64,000 nt of DNA from Balanoglossus misakiensis. Taxonomy: Eukaryota; Animalia; Hemichordata. How positions within the stretch are numbered: position 1 is the first letter of the stretch; the number at the start of each line of letters is the position of its first letter. The notes beneath the pieces were generated by a model that ran no database searches, had not been told where the DNA came from, and was given only the letters and a program-made list of their open reading frames with translations. Made by a program: the position numbers and the translations under genes. Shown here piece after piece: positions 39,901 through 53,583 of the stretch. The stretch covers positions 2,604,001 through 2,668,000 of the forward strand of contig CM082598.2 of assembly GCA_040954595.2 (NCBI GenBank), in the 5' to 3' direction.

Positions 39901-42900
39901 TTCAGGCGAATCTTTGCAGGCAAATGTCTCGCTTTCTGTAAGCTGGACTTGAGCTGATGTTTTCTCAATCACCTGCTCCTTTTGCAGGCAACTTTCTTGT
40001 AGATTGATGATTTGCTGTTCATAATCTTTAATTCTTTCATTCAACTGCATTTGTTCCTCTCCAAGCTTTTGTACACAGTTTTCAAAATGGGCCTTCTCCT
40101 CCTGCAAGGTGTTGATTGTTTGATTTCTTTCATCGATAAGATCCTTCTGACTGTCTAATCTTTCCCGAACAGCTTCTAGCTCTTGTTTATACATGATTTC
40201 CTTCTCGCCAATAGCTTTTTGCAGGTTCTGTATTTCAACCTGCCATTGGGCATCATTGCCTTGGTAGTTCTCTTGCAGGTTTTCGATGGTGATAGACTTG
40301 GTCTTGGATTCTTCTTCCAACTGTTGGATGTACCGACCAGAACTGTCCAGCTTCTCTTGGAGAGAGCATACATTAGCTTCCTTCTGATCACACTGGTCGA
40401 TAAGATTACCCATTTCTTGAAACTTCTCCGTGATGTCTGCATCTTTTCTTTTTATTTCCTCATTCATCTTTGTGATTTCTTCCTTCTGGGCCTCTCCTTC
40501 CTCTTGAAGCTGCTGAATATATTTCCCAGACGCATCCAGTTTTTCTTGTAGAGACGCGACCACCTCTTCACCCTGACTGCATTTCTGCATCAAAGACTCA
40601 ATTTCCTGAACCTTGCTTTCAACCTCCGACTCTCTCTTGGTGATTTCTTCTTCTTGAAGCTGTTTAATAATCTTGCCAGAAGCCTCTAAATCTTCCTGCA
40701 TCTCCGTGACAACTGCATCTCTTTCCTGTACCGTCTCGCTCATCTTTTTCAACTCATCATCTTTGTTGTTAATCCTCTCCTCCAAGTCTTGTACATCTCT
40801 CTCCTTCTGCTGCAGTACCTCTTTCAGCTGTATTATCTCAAAATCAAAATTGCTATTCTTTTCTTGAACCTGCTCTTTCAAACTCTCCATCAATTTTTCC
40901 TTGTCCTCAACCTGCCCTGACAGCCTCTTCACGTCTTGTTCTTTCTCGGAAAACCTTGCTTTCAGCGATTCTATCTCTGCGACAAATGTCTCTTCATTGT
41001 CCATGACTTTCTGCGTCAACTGCTCAACCATTTCTTTCTTCTCGTGGAGATCTAGTGCTACAGTTTCAAACTTTCCTTTCAGGTTCTCGTAGCTTTCTTG
41101 GGTGACCTGGAGTTCGGATTCCAGTTCTGTGATTCTCTTTCCTGAGAGGTCTAACATGGTCGCTTTCTCTTGATTCATTTCTGTCTCTCTCGTCACACTC
41201 TTCATTTCCTGCTCCAGCTGTTCCTTCAAATCTGCGTTCTCCTTTGAGACCTCCTCCAGCTGGCCTTGCAGTCTCAGCACTTGTTCTCTGTGTCTCTCTT
41301 CAATATTCGTTTGTGTGTCGTCCGCCTCCTTCTGCAGGTGCTCAACCTCGACCTCCTTCTTCTGCATAGATTCCTGAGCTGTGGAGAGTTCTTCTGCGAG
41401 ATTCTGTATCTGCTTGCCGTACTGCCTCTGCATGTCTTCAATAGTCTTTTCCCGATCTCCTAGCTCCGATTCCAACTTTCTTTTACCTTCTTGTAGATTC
41501 TGAATCTCTGCAGCCATGGTGGTGTTTCTCCTACAGACTTCCTCAAGCTGTTCCGTGAACTGAGAGGCTCCCCTCTTGGCAACATCTAGTTTACCTTCTG
41601 ACTCTTTAAGCTGTTTCTTCAATTGTTTCACCTCCCCCTTGGAGTGTAGAAGTTTCTCCTTCATGCCTGCACACATAGTCTTCAAGTCACTGAGCTGTTT
41701 CGATAACTGTTCGCCTTCCCCCTGAGCATTCGCCAGCTGCTCTTTGAGGTCTGCTATTTGGTCTAACTCGTTTGCCAACTGTTGTTTGGTGACTCTTGCC
41801 TCCTCACGGCTGGATTCGAGATCGTGTTGCAATTGCGATGAAGCACTTTGAGATTCTGACAGCTGCTGTTGGATGGACTCAACTTCTCTCGTCAGCTCTC
41901 CTTCTCTCTCTTGGAACTGTTCCTGAAGATCCGAGAAAATCTTCTGCTTCTCCGATGCCTCCTCTTTCAGCGTCTGTATGGTTGCCATGGAAACCTGCAA
42001 CTCTTCGTTCATGACTTGAATCTCGGTTTCTTTGCCTTCCTGCTCCTGGCCAAGCTGTTGCTTAAGTCCTTCCATTTCTTCCAGCAGGGAGGTTATCTCC
42101 GCTTGCTGCTTTTCCACAGTTGTGCTGAACGTCTGTTCCATGGTCGTGAAGTTGTGGTCCTTCTCGGCGAGCTGGCCATCCATCGTTTGAAGTGCAGCCT
42201 CGTGATCTTGCATAAGAGTCTGCATCTGATTGACACTATCTTGTTTCAGCGATGCCATCTCATCCTCTGTCTTCTGCAACGACTCCCTCGATTGTTCCAA
42301 CTCTTGCTTCTGTTCACTTATGGTCTTCTCACACCCACGTATCTGTTCTTCTAGTTGCTGGATTGCCGTTATTTTAGCCTGCATGATTTCTGTTGTCGCA
42401 GAGAGATCTGTGTCGAGTTGAGCTATTCTCTCCTGTGCTGAACTCAGCTCATTGTTCAGCAGTGTCTCCTTCTCAGTGCCTTCCTGTCCCAGCATTTCTA
42501 CGACTTTATTTCTCTCCGCAAGCTGTCCACTCAAGCTCTCTATCTGTCTGTTCGCGGTCTGTAGTTTCTCTTTACTGATGTTATTATCTTGGCGTTCACC
42601 TTCTATTTGAGTCAATAACTCGTTAATGGTTCCTTGTAGATTGTCTTTGCTGATCTCATTCTCTTGTTTCAAATTATCAATACGGGTGACGTATTTTTCG
42701 ATTTCTTTGTGCGATGACTCATTCTGGTTTGCCATTTCCTGTTTGAGGTTATCAATATCAGTGAGGAGTCTGTTGGTTTCTTCTTTCTGCGTCTTCAAGT
42801 TCGTCTCTAACTCTTCTTTAACTGACATCAGTTGCTGTGTTCGCTCTGATTGTTGTGTCAGCTGTGATGTCTTCTCTCCCAAATCCTCTGACATTGCTTG

Positions 42901-45900
42901 GAGGTTGCTTTTCAATGATTCATTCAGACTCTCCAGCTCTTGCACATGTACATATAGTTTATCCCTTGCGTCAACCACACTTTGGATATCAATCTTCGCC
43001 TGTTCCAACTCAGCTTTAACGCCTTGGTGAAGCTCTTCCAGCCGACGTTCATTTTCTTGCGCATTCTGCTCAATCAACGCAATCATCTTCTGTTTTTCTT
43101 CCACAACAGCGCTTATATTCTCCTTGTCGTGTTCACTCGACTTCAGACCGTTCTTCAAGTCTTCAACAGTACTCTCGAACAACCCTTGCTGCTGCGTACA
43201 CTCCTCTTCTAGCTCGCCAATTCGCTGTCTTGCGTCACTCAAATCCTGGTTCAAAACATTCACTTCTTGTTCGGCATTCACCTTAGCATTCTCCAGATGG
43301 TGGACTTTATCCTCAATCTGTTTGTTCAGCTCCACCATGTCGTTATTCTGCGACTGCAAGCGACTTGTCAATCCTGTAATCTGTTCCTGAAACGACTGTT
43401 CATTTTCCCTCATCTCCTCCTGTAGTTTAGATATAACCAATGCATTCTCCCTGGCTTTTCCTTCTAAGCTCTCCTTCTCATCAGAAACGTTCTGTATACT
43501 TTCTTTGAGTGCAGTCATTTCTTGCAACAACTCTGTTTCTTTCTGTTCTGCTGATGTTTTGACAGTCTCCAGGGTCTCGCTGATCTGCTGGACTTCAATC
43601 TCATGGGTTCTTAGCCTTTTCTCTGCATCTTCCTCCAATGCAGCAAGTTTTTCTGACATCGCATTTCTCTCTTTCTCAACCTCATCCGTCAAATCTGCAA
43701 GCTCCTTCTCCTTTTCCAAGACTCTCTCATTCAAAGACGCTGCCTGATTCTTCACTTCTTCATATTCTTGACACAGCGATGCCTTCTCACCTTCTAACTT
43801 CGCGAGCTCCTCCTCCTTAACTTGTAGTTTGCTGTTGCTGTCTCGCACCTCGTCTTCCAGACTCTGCACTTTCAAAATCGTCTGTGATTTCTCTTCGTCC
43901 AGGTTTCCTAACTGCGCTTGCAGAGCTGAGAATCTCTCGTCCGCCAGCTGCACACTTTCCTCTAACTCTTGTATTTTACCCTCCTGAGCAGCTGTGATCT
44001 CGGTCTTCTCTGAGATACTTCCTCGTAGCTTCTCTACTTCTGTCACAAGAGACTGGATTTCTTCTTGCAGGTTATTTACCTCAGCATGTTTTCCTTGAAG
44101 CTCGTCACTTTTCTTTTCAATTAACCCTTGAAGTGATGTCACCTCCTGAGCCAATGTTTCACGGTCTTCCTGCAGAGATGAAATCTCTCCGCGCTGCTTC
44201 TCAAGATCGCCATCTTTCCCTGCGATAGTCTCCATCAATGTCTTCACTTCTGCAATCACGGCATCCTTCTCTTCACTCAGCGATTTTGCGACTGCATTGC
44301 TCTCCTGCAGTTCCGCTGCAGCTTGCTGTCGCTGCGATTCTACAAGACCATCTTTTTCAACCAACTGCTGCTGGTAGCTTGCGATTTCTGAGCTCAGTGC
44401 AGCAGTTCTCTCCTGCAAAGAAATTTCATTTTCTTCCAACTTCTGCTGTTGAGCTTCGATCTGAGCGTTCAGTTGTCCAACAGACTCTATAAAATCTGCT
44501 TGCAGTTTGTCACATTCCTCGACTTTGGTCTGCAGTTTTCTTTCAAGTTCTTCTAGTTCTTCCTGCGACTTTAATTTCCTTTCTTCCAATTCATGTCTTG
44601 TCTGTTCAAGTTCTTTCTTCGTTGCATCAACAGTTTCTCTGAAGCTCTGGATGTTATTTTGGTGTTCCTCGTTATCCCTTGTGCGGTTTTCTCTTTCTTC
44701 TTCAAGGGAGTTGTTAAGACTCGTAAGATCGTCTTGAAGGCTTTGTAGCTGTGATTCTGATCTTTGCATCAGTGCCTGGTGTTGTTGCTTTTCCTCTTCC
44801 AGTTCCTGCCCAGTCTGTGACAACTGCTCCTGCATGGTATTCATCTGTTGTTGCGATTCCGCTTTCAGTTTTTCATTCTCCTCCTGTTGCTGCCCAACCT
44901 GCTCTTGCAAATCCTTAGCGGCCTCCATCAATCTCGCTATCTCCCTCTGATTCTCCGTCATCTCCCGTTTGGTGTTCTCGTCCAATTTGCTGTACTCTTC
45001 TCTGGCTGTCTTCAGCTGTTCTTGATAGCTGGTTTCTTTGTCCTGTACAAGCTGCAGAGTCTGTATCAACTGATCCTGGACAGACTTGCATTGACCGTCC
45101 TTCTCTTGGAGATCATTGACCTTAATCTTGATATCCTCATCCAGTTTCTGAATCTTCTCCTCCAGTTCTTGATTCACACTCTGCTGTTGAGCTAGCTCTC
45201 TTTCCAGATCACTGACTTGCTCCAACAGAGAGGTGATTTTCGACTCCACCTTCATACCCTCCATCGACTGACTCTCCTTCAGGACTTCGATCTCTCGCCT
45301 GGCACTGTTGATCTCCAACCCCATTTCCTGTATCTCCTGATTCTGTTGTTGCAGCTTCTCAACCATACCTTGGATGGTCGACTTGTTCTTCTCAATCTCG
45401 TCATCTTTTTGTTTTCCCTGCATTTCAAGGTCTTCATTCTCAAGTCTTTTCTGTTCCAGTGCGTTTTCAAGCTGTGACTTCTCAGCACTGAATTTCGTCC
45501 TCTCATCTTCAATACTCTGATTTGCATGGTCTAACTCAGTCTGCAAAGTCTCCAAGGCGTTTTCCAAATCATTATTCCTTTCCGTCAGATCTCTTCCTTT
45601 CTCTTGGTTCCGGTTCAACTCCACCTGCAGTTCCGCATTTTCCGTCTCCTTGCTCGCAAACTTTTCCGCCAACGACTGCACCTCCGCTTCTCTCTGCCCG
45701 AGTTTCTCGCTCACGTCCGACAAAATCTGCTCTTTTTCGCTCAGTTTTTCATCGACAGCTCCCTTCTCCATGGCAAGTCCTGACAGTTGCTGGGTCAACG
45801 ATTCAATCTGATTCTCACAGTCTGACCTCTGCTGCTCCAGTGCTGATAGCTGCTGTCTAAGATTTTGACAATCGGCTACCAAGGAATCGGTATTTTCATT

Positions 45901-48900
45901 CTGAAATTACGGAAAGAAAGACAAGTTGACAACACTTTCTCTAAATTATGAAGGACAGAACTCGCAAGTCCAGTGATAGAAATTGATAGTACACAAGGGT
46001 AAATGTAATTAACTTATATTTCACGGGATTCCACCCCAGATCTTTTGCAGCAATTCATGTAGCAAGCAAGTCCACGCAAAACCATACTACATCAAGTCCA
46101 CATCCCCAATGATCATGATCTGAGTAGAATTCAAACACATAGCATATTAATCTCGCAACACAGATGTATAAGAATACATACCTGTGAGATGACTGCCCCC
46201 TGGAGTTTGTCAACCTCTATGTTTCTTTCCTTCACAGCATTCTCGAGATCATTGTTGATTATTTTCACTTCTTCAAGTTTTTCTTGTAGACTTGTCTTGT
46301 CTTTCATAAGTTCATCCAGTTTCTCCTTTACATACAAGAAAATATAGTGAGTTCAGTTATATAGATGTATTGTATTAAAGGGACAAAGTCTGTCTCTCGC
46401 TGCCCTTTTTCCATCAATTATGTTTGATACAAGACACTGCTTATGTTATTCTACATGTGGATATATAGTGAATCAACGTTCGACCACACACAACTTCTAT
46501 CCCGTTTGTAGGATATGCATGAGAGTAAAAATCAGCTGAGAGATAGGTAATTGGAAAGGAACACTTGATCTGTACTGTACCTGGTTTTGTTGGTTGTTCT
46601 CTTCAAGTTCTCGAACGTTTCCTTGGAGATCCGATATCTGGTTCTGATACTGCTTCCTCTCATTTTCAATTTCAAACAGAGGACGGTGTTCATTTTCGAT
46701 CTTGGCCAACAACGACTGAACTTCGTCTTCCAGTTCTTTCTTGGAGGAATCCAAACCTAATGTGAAAGAAAAACAAACAAGAAAAAAATCATATTTCATC
46801 TCCAGGAACCAAGTTCCATTGAATGCAAGAATGAACATCTTTTCTTATTGTGGAAGAATACCAACTGTACTGTACTGTACTGTACTGTACTGTACTGAGC
46901 TGTACTGTACTGTACTGTACTGAGCTGTACTATACTGTGCTGTGCTGTGCTGTGCTGTGCTGTACTGTACTGTACTGAGCTGTACTATACTGTGCTGTGC
47001 TGTGCTGTGCTGTGCTGTACTGTACTGAGCTGTACTGTACTGAGCTGTACTATACTGTGCTGTGCTGTGCTGTACTGTACTGTACTGTACTGTACTGAGC
47101 TGTACTATACTGTGCTGTGCTGTGCTGTACTGTATTGTACTGTACTGTATAACAGAACAGAGACATACCATCTTTTTCTTCTTCCAACTGTACAAGTCTT
47201 AGTTCCAGCGTCACTTTGTCTTGTTCAAAGCTCGCTTTCTTCTCTTCTGTGTCTTTAAGCATCTCTTGAAGTTGCACCAGACTCTCTCTCATACTCTCAA
47301 TAGTTTCATTCTGTGCGGCCTGCAGGATGTGACAATATTTGGGTGAAAATTACCATGGTTACCTTACACGGCTTGGAGATCTTAACACTAAATACAAACT
47401 GAAGATAAACAATGAAAGTATTTTCCCAAAAATGATTTCCTAACTGAAAATATGAATATCTCACACTGTTCAGTATACTGCTGCATGTAGAATGCACACA
47501 CCTATCATAATTAATGAACCCTCACACCCAAGAAATAAATTTTTATTGCCTATACTATAATTAATTTTATTATCATTAATAGTATGAGCAGTGGTGTTGG
47601 TAGCGATGGTATATAGCAAAACCTGTCTGAACTCAATTATTTTATGAATTACTGGTTTTTCAGGTTGATGTACAAGACAGCGTGACATGCAGCACAAGCT
47701 TGCACATGCGATATCAATTCTTATAAAGCTCACAACCCATCTCACCATACCTACAAACTATTCTTAAATTAGTATCTTAACTATGTGTGTGTTACTCTTA
47801 CTGTGAATAATAAGCAGGTTTATTATTCAAGCTATGTATATTTTTAAGCACCGCCTAAGCTTTCGAAAAGCGTGCATTGTTTTAGTGAGAAGTATATCAT
47901 GCAGCATGGTCTAATAAACTTACAAGATTCAATTCATTCCTTTTCTGCACATCTCCAAGTTCCAGAATTCTGGCTTCGAAACTTACGCGAGATTTGCGTT
48001 CCATGTCCCTCTCCTCTGCGGTCTGCTCGAGCTGGGATTTGAGTTCTTGGCATTCCTTTTGGTGGGCCTGTTTGAGGGCGTCCTCACTCTGCTGCAATAA
48101 TGCCTGTGCCTGTGTGTGTCAAACAAAAGAGATTTCAGAAACCATACCTTCTCAATGAATTCTTACATACAACCATGTTTAAAGGGAAGGGGTCGTCGCA
48201 CCGCGTGGGTGACCCCCTTGATGACAATATGTCCTCCCATACCAGCACAAACCTCACTGCAGTCGCCACGACCTACTAGGAACTTCAGTTGCTGTCATGC
48301 CTAGTCTTTGCTACAGTTGGCTGCTTCGTTCATTCTGAGAATCATTCGAAGTATTGTCAAATTGGTTTGCTCAAAATTGAAACTTGCAACAACCACTTGA
48401 AAATAGGGATGAAAGCATTCGAAATTTACCTGTTGCATTCTCTCTTCCATCTCACACACTGCTGTTTCATATTTCTCTTTTTCTTCTCTGGTATTTGTCA
48501 GAGCTTCTTCAAGTTGTTGTTTTTCGTTGTTGAGTTGTTCGATCGTGTTTTGCAAATCCGCTGAGGGGTAGAAGAGGAAAGTTTTATTTCCACAGCCATG
48601 ACAAGATCAAAGAAATCCTTATAGTTCATAATACTATGGACACAGTTGTACTGAACTTAGTGGTGAAGGGGTCAGTTTGCTGGAGTCCAGATATGCTTTT
48701 ATGATGGAGAAAATTGCAAAAGAATCCTTCAGTTGGGAAAAATGCACCGAGACCAAGAAAGGACTGTCTTACCTAGTTTGGCCACTGTTTCATCAAAATC
48801 CACAAGTTTGAGTTGCAACTGTCCCTTTTCATCTTCTAACTCGGCTATCTTGTGTTTCAAGCCACTCACCTCATCAGCCAGGGAATCAGACTGTGAAAAA

Positions 48901-51721
48901 TAACAGGACGTTAATGACTGGTACCAATTAGACTACAATGTCTCTTTCATGCTCATAGCAACTTAACCCTAATGCTACTGGGTGTCATACCTGTTTAGAG
49001 AGTGTCAAGTCCCTTAAAATATGTATGTGACATTTTTCTTGTTAAACGTATTTTGACTGTCTTGGCATGGCTCTCATACGTACTTAGACACACTTGGCAG
49101 TTTGAACCCCCAGTAAAATGTATAGGCCCTACTGAGTAACACGCACTTGGCAGCCTAACAGGCCTGGGAGCCAGGATTCTAGGCACCCTGGAAATCAAAC
49201 CAGTTTCAACCGACTTGGCAGCATAATGAAAAATCCATCCCCCTTTTTTCCTCTGTAGAGGTCCACCTTTACCATAGAAATAATTGACTTGAACTGAACC
49301 ATAGTGGTAAAAGCGTTAAACTGACCTTTTTCAACTCTTCCAGTTCTGCAGTTAACTTCTTGACGGTGGCTTTGGCGTGTGCTTTGGCTTTCAGCGCTTT
49401 GGTCTCGGCGTCTTTCAGTGCTTTGCTCTTCTCTTTGATGACTTGGCCGTTCTTCTCCACCTGGCTTCGTAGCTCTGCCAGGATTTGCGACTGCTCCTGG
49501 TGTTGGGTCTGTGAGGCGCTGTCCCTTTCTTCCTGATCCGATCTCGCCTGGCTGAGCGCTTGTCGGGTTTTCTCCAGCTCCGCTTCCAGATGCCGGCAGC
49601 TTTCTTCCAGAGTCTCGCTCTTCCTTGTCGCCTCTTCCGTCGTCGATTCGTACTCGGAGACGGCGCTCCGCAAGGTGTCCACGGCAGCAGATTTCTCACT
49701 CAGCTCAGTTTCGTACTTCTCTTTCATCCCCGCGATCTCCGTCCTCCATTCCTCCTCTTTAGAAGCGAACGCCTCCTGCCATTGTCTGGCCTGATCAGCG
49801 GCAATCTGAAACTTCTCAGTCAGTGACCTCACGGCCGACCCTTGCTCCAAAACCAGCCTCTCCTTATCCCCAATCTCCTTCTGCAGCATCTCGATGACCT
49901 TGAACTTCCCGTTCAAAATCTCCTCCTTCTCTTGTAGTTTCAACTTCAAGGTTTTCACCGCTTCTTCCTGGGCGCTGGAGTCTGTCCTCCCAGCGAAGTT
50001 CAGCAGTTCCTTTTCGTGCTCGGCTAAAATCAATTTGATTTTCTCCTCCCTGTTTCTCAGCATCAGTTCCGTCTCAAACAGCTTCTCTTTGTAATAATTA
50101 TCCACTTCCTGTAACCTCTGTTGATAATCCTCCTGTTCTTTATACAGCTGTGTCTCTCTCACGGACAACTGTTCTTGAACTTGACTGTGTTCCTCTTCCC
50201 CGATTTCCACCCGGTGGCTCAGTTTCTCCAAGGCAGCGGTTTGCACCGAGATGGTTTGGTCCTTCTGTCCCAGTTCACCCTGCAGCACCTGTAGACACAG
50301 CCAACAAGTCCCTCATTACAAACCCTGTGGTCCCTATTCTCCTTATGGAATAGTCAGAAAATCATTTGCATAAGACTTCTTTACATCTGGTACAACAACT
50401 ACAATATCGCTGAGACAATTATAATATCTACCAACATACAGACTGCAATCAAAAGCATAATTCATGATCAAGAAAGGATAACAAAAACACCATGGTTAGT
50501 TCTGAATAAGATATTGTGTTAATTTAAAATAAAACAAACTGACAATTTATGTAATATGACCTTTGACACTCATCTATAACCTTTAACCTCTTAGGAGTTG
50601 ACTATGACAGAAATCTGACAAGCATGTTATGAGTGCAACTTGACAGCAAAGCAGCAAACACTAGCAACAGATGCATGCATGCCATGCAGACTTATTATTC
50701 CATGCAATTGGAGATTATAAGATAAATAGGTAAGAGATAAAAATAATCTAAAATGACAGACAGCTTCAATTCAACATCCCTGAAAGTCACAAATCCTGAA
50801 GTCCCAGCCAATCAAATTTCATGTGAGGTGCTCGGTCGAGATTGATTTGCTCTGGTTATTAAAAAGTGAACTGTGATTGGCTCTGTCGTGGATGACACGA
50901 CACGACCTCTTGAGTACCAGGATGTGTGACCTTTAAGGGGAGAGAGGTGACTCCGAATCTCACCACTCTTACCTTGATCACTTTATCTCTACCTTCGATC
51001 ACCTCATTTTTATCTTTGACGTGATCTCGCAGCTCGGTTATCTGCTGATCTTTCTCAATCAGTTTATTGTTCAAATCTACCACCATCTTGTCCTTATACA
51101 CCATCTGTGCGTACATTTCCTGGATTTTGCTCGATTCGGCTTCTATCTGTTCCTATGGCGACACACGTGCAGGTGATTACAAAACAAGCATGCTACAGCA
51201 CATGGACATTTCCAACAGTGTGGCCTTAACCCTTTCACCACAATGGTTCACCCCAAACCCATTGTATTCTATGGTAGGGTTGGACCTCAATAGAAGGAAC
51301 TGGGGTGACAGTTATCCAGTACTGAAGATGGAAATGTCCATGTGATGTCTTAGTAATTTTTGCACATTTTTGTGATGTTCGAAGCTGATGAAACCTGCTC
51401 CTGTAAAAGTAAAATTTTACCAACACCAGTAAAATTCACATGAATGAATTCCCTCTATGCAGGTACGACTAGCCAAGTTGTATGCCCAATACCCATCACT
51501 TATCTGTTGAATAGTAAATACCAAAATTCCCACATGCAATATTTATATGCAATTTAAATTTGCATGCGGCAGTCAGATGCATGTCCAGGTCTTCAGAGAT
51601 ACAAATAACATATGCGTTGTTACATTTGTTATGTGTTACTGAAGCAATGGTTAGATTAATCATGGACATCATCATCATTATCAATCATCAATCATCATCA
51701 TCATCATCATCACCACAGCCG

Positions 51722-51761
<40 letters not shown>

Positions 51762-52814
51762 ATAATTTTACCTCAGTAACAGTCGCCCCACCACTACGCA
51801 TTGCTTCAATGATGGCTTCCCGTTTCTCGATAACTTTTCCCTTTTCCATCAGCTCTCCCATCATCTGCCTTTCCTTCTGTTGCAATTCCTCCACCAATTT
51901 TTCCTGTTCTTTCAGTTTATCCTCTATCTCCTTCACCTGGTTATCCCTCGCCAACACCACATCCTTCATTTCCTTTTCCAGTTTTTTGATCGTCTTATTC
52001 TTCTCTTTGATTGTGTTTTCTCTGTCTTCTAGTTTTTTCTTCACAACAACTAATTTCCCTCGGGTCGGTGAATCGTGGTGTTTTTCTTCACTGGCCTAAA
52101 AAAAAGAAATCTTTGAATTTAGTCTATGTTTATAATTTACAAAATGTACAAAAATGTGAATTTGACCATATTTTCCTTACCTCACCCTGACCAACTGGTT
52201 TGTCTTTCCTGAACTCTTCCAGCTGAGAAGTCAACGATGATATCTTGGCCTTAGCTTGTAACTTGAACTTGGAAAATTTGGCATTGCTGTCCTGGAAGAA
52301 GTTAACAGGTAAAAATAACCCTGTCAGTATCACAAGACTTCATATATATATTTGAAATACAAATGATAAGAGAAGGGATTGGTTTGCTGCATTTATGACT
52401 GAAATACCTCAAGTGCCTTTTCCTTTTTCCTGAGTTCCTGGTCTTTCTCTCTGACCATATCCTTCAGCTGGTTCAACAGCTGCTTTTCTTGCTCTATTTC
52501 TTCTGTGTCGGCAGCCGACATAAAACTGGCATCATCCATACTGCTGTCCAAAGTCTGCACAGGAAAAAATAATAATGATAATAATCTTCTTACAAAAGTC
52601 AGAAGAAATACACATATCGTACTCCACGTGAAATGATTAAACTGTGTTGGAGGAATAAACAACCATAGATCTTCAATAACAGTAGTTTTATTTGCATCTG
52701 TGTATCTGTGAATACAGACAGACTGCTTACCTTGTCAGCCATTTCCCCGCCAGGACTTTCCCCTGACCCGGTCCCTTGCACCCCTTGAGCAAAACTGGAA
52801 ATTCTTCCCCACAT
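33944..52814 (-). CDS. GOLGB1: Giantin / golgin subfamily B member 1, tail-anchored coiled-coil Golgi tether, about 4,260 aa in 19 coding exons
   Basis: Exons 52731-52814, 52408-52554, 52181-52291, 51772-52095, 50973-~51152, 49326-50288, 48773-48890, 48430-48560, 47924-~48109, 47169-~47319, 46581-46756, 46182-46325, 36587-45900, 36085-36271, 35772-35968, 35558-35615, 34476-~34662, 34217-34271, 33944-34052. N-terminal LKDMVREKDQELRKKEKALEDSNAKFSKFKLQAKAKISSL resembles the giantin N-terminus. The C-terminus RTRPGIRTTMLLYFLVVHVVLFVLFMNC* has the golgin TM signature Y-x4-H. The rest is E/Q/K/L heptad coiled coil. Confidence 0.9.
36463..36553. repeat. (CA)n microsatellite
   Basis: Directly visible, just 3' of the giant giantin exon. 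Confidence 0.95.
46375..46532. mobile_element. Partial copy of the same MITE family in a giantin intron
   Basis: TTAAAGGGACAAAGTCTGTCTCTCGCTGCCC...ATGAGAGTAAAAA aligns by eye with 6565-6720. Confidence 0.88.
46864..47150. repeat. Pentanucleotide tandem repeat (CTGTA/CTGTG/CTGAG/CTATA variants)
   Basis: Directly visible; lies in a giantin intron about 20 bp from a donor site. Confidence 0.97.
48963..49225. mobile_element. piggyBac-like MITE family copy (left end TTAACCCTAA)
   Basis: Shares TATAGGCCCTACTGA...CACTTGGCAGCCTAACAGG...GGGAGCCAGGATTCTAGG...CCCTGGAAATCAAACCAGTTTCAA...CCGACTTGGCAG with 63630-63805. Confidence 0.8.
51226..51315. mobile_element. Inverted diverged copy of the 16401-16495 mini-MITE
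   Basis: TTAACCCTTTCA...AAACCCATTGTATTCTAT...GTTGGACCTCAATAGAAGGAACTGGGG is an imperfect reverse complement of the 16401 element. Confidence 0.7.
51668..51759. repeat. (TCA)n trinucleotide microsatellite
   Basis: Directly visible; intronic, about 12 bp from the donor at 51772. Confidence 0.95.
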
Positions 52815-53583
52815 TGCTGTCTACTAAAAATCATGAAAAAATAATAATCATAAAAAGTTAGCCCAGAGCTGGCATTGTTGAAAACATACTTCTGTACTGT
52901 ACCCCAGGGATAATAGGAAGTGAAAGTAAAAATAACAAAAGTCATTTCATAAAGTGATAATTATGTGCCCTTGTGTTATGCAATACCAACAATGTTGTTA
53001 ATGTTCTGAAACACATTATTAGCATCATCATTTAATCACATTCTAATTGTGTATCATAATGCAGATACATCAATTATGTTAAAAAATATGCAAAGCTGAG
53101 ATTTATATAGATAACAGCTGCTATAGTTCGTTTCTAGCGAAAATAAATGACAGTAGAGCCTGTGACTAAGTAAATGAATAACAAAATTAAACTCCGGGCT
53201 TTGATTGCTGGGTAGTTTCGAAATTCTCTTTTACGAGCTCACTCATAAGAGTCATATCTTTTAATTTTAATGTAAACATTGTACCAATCAATGTACGTTT
53301 CTGTAGTAGAACTAGAGTTGGTACCCCCCCCCCCCCCCAGGGCGTACGTATATCTAAGGTCATTCCGAACCAACTAAGTACAGAATGTGAAAAACACCCA
53401 CGGGCACCCGAAATCTCGGTCAGATCGCATATACACAAACAAGCACACGAACGTGGCAAGCTTTCGATTTCTGGCAATAAACCCAAGGCAGTCCACACTG
53501 CCAACACTCAAAACAGTGGGTAGGGAGGGACATCGACTCGTCGTGCTAGATCGCAGGGCAGAAACATTGATTCACCATCTTAC

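Noticed and set aside
36825-45860. Many plus-strand Ser/Phe/Leu-rich ORFs
   Set aside because: Antisense shadows of the Glu/Lys/Gln-rich giantin exon.
36583-45882. 3,099-aa ORF as a stand-alone gene (myosin, SMC or viral tape-measure-like)
   Set aside because: It has splice sites at both ends and joins in phase to giantin-type N-terminal and tail-anchor exons.
46845-47292. ORFs with STAQH/YSTVQ or LYCTV repeats
   Set aside because: Translations of the intronic pentamer satellite; only 47169-~47319 is a real giantin exon.
48963-48972. TTAACCCTAA / TTAGGGTTAA as telomeric repeat or telomerase template
   Set aside because: Single units explained as termini of a piggyBac-like MITE.
51560-52099. 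Poly-Asp and poly-Ser ORF extensions
   Set aside because: Read-through past a good donor at 51772 into a (TCA)n microsatellite; the plus-strand ORF is an antisense shadow.
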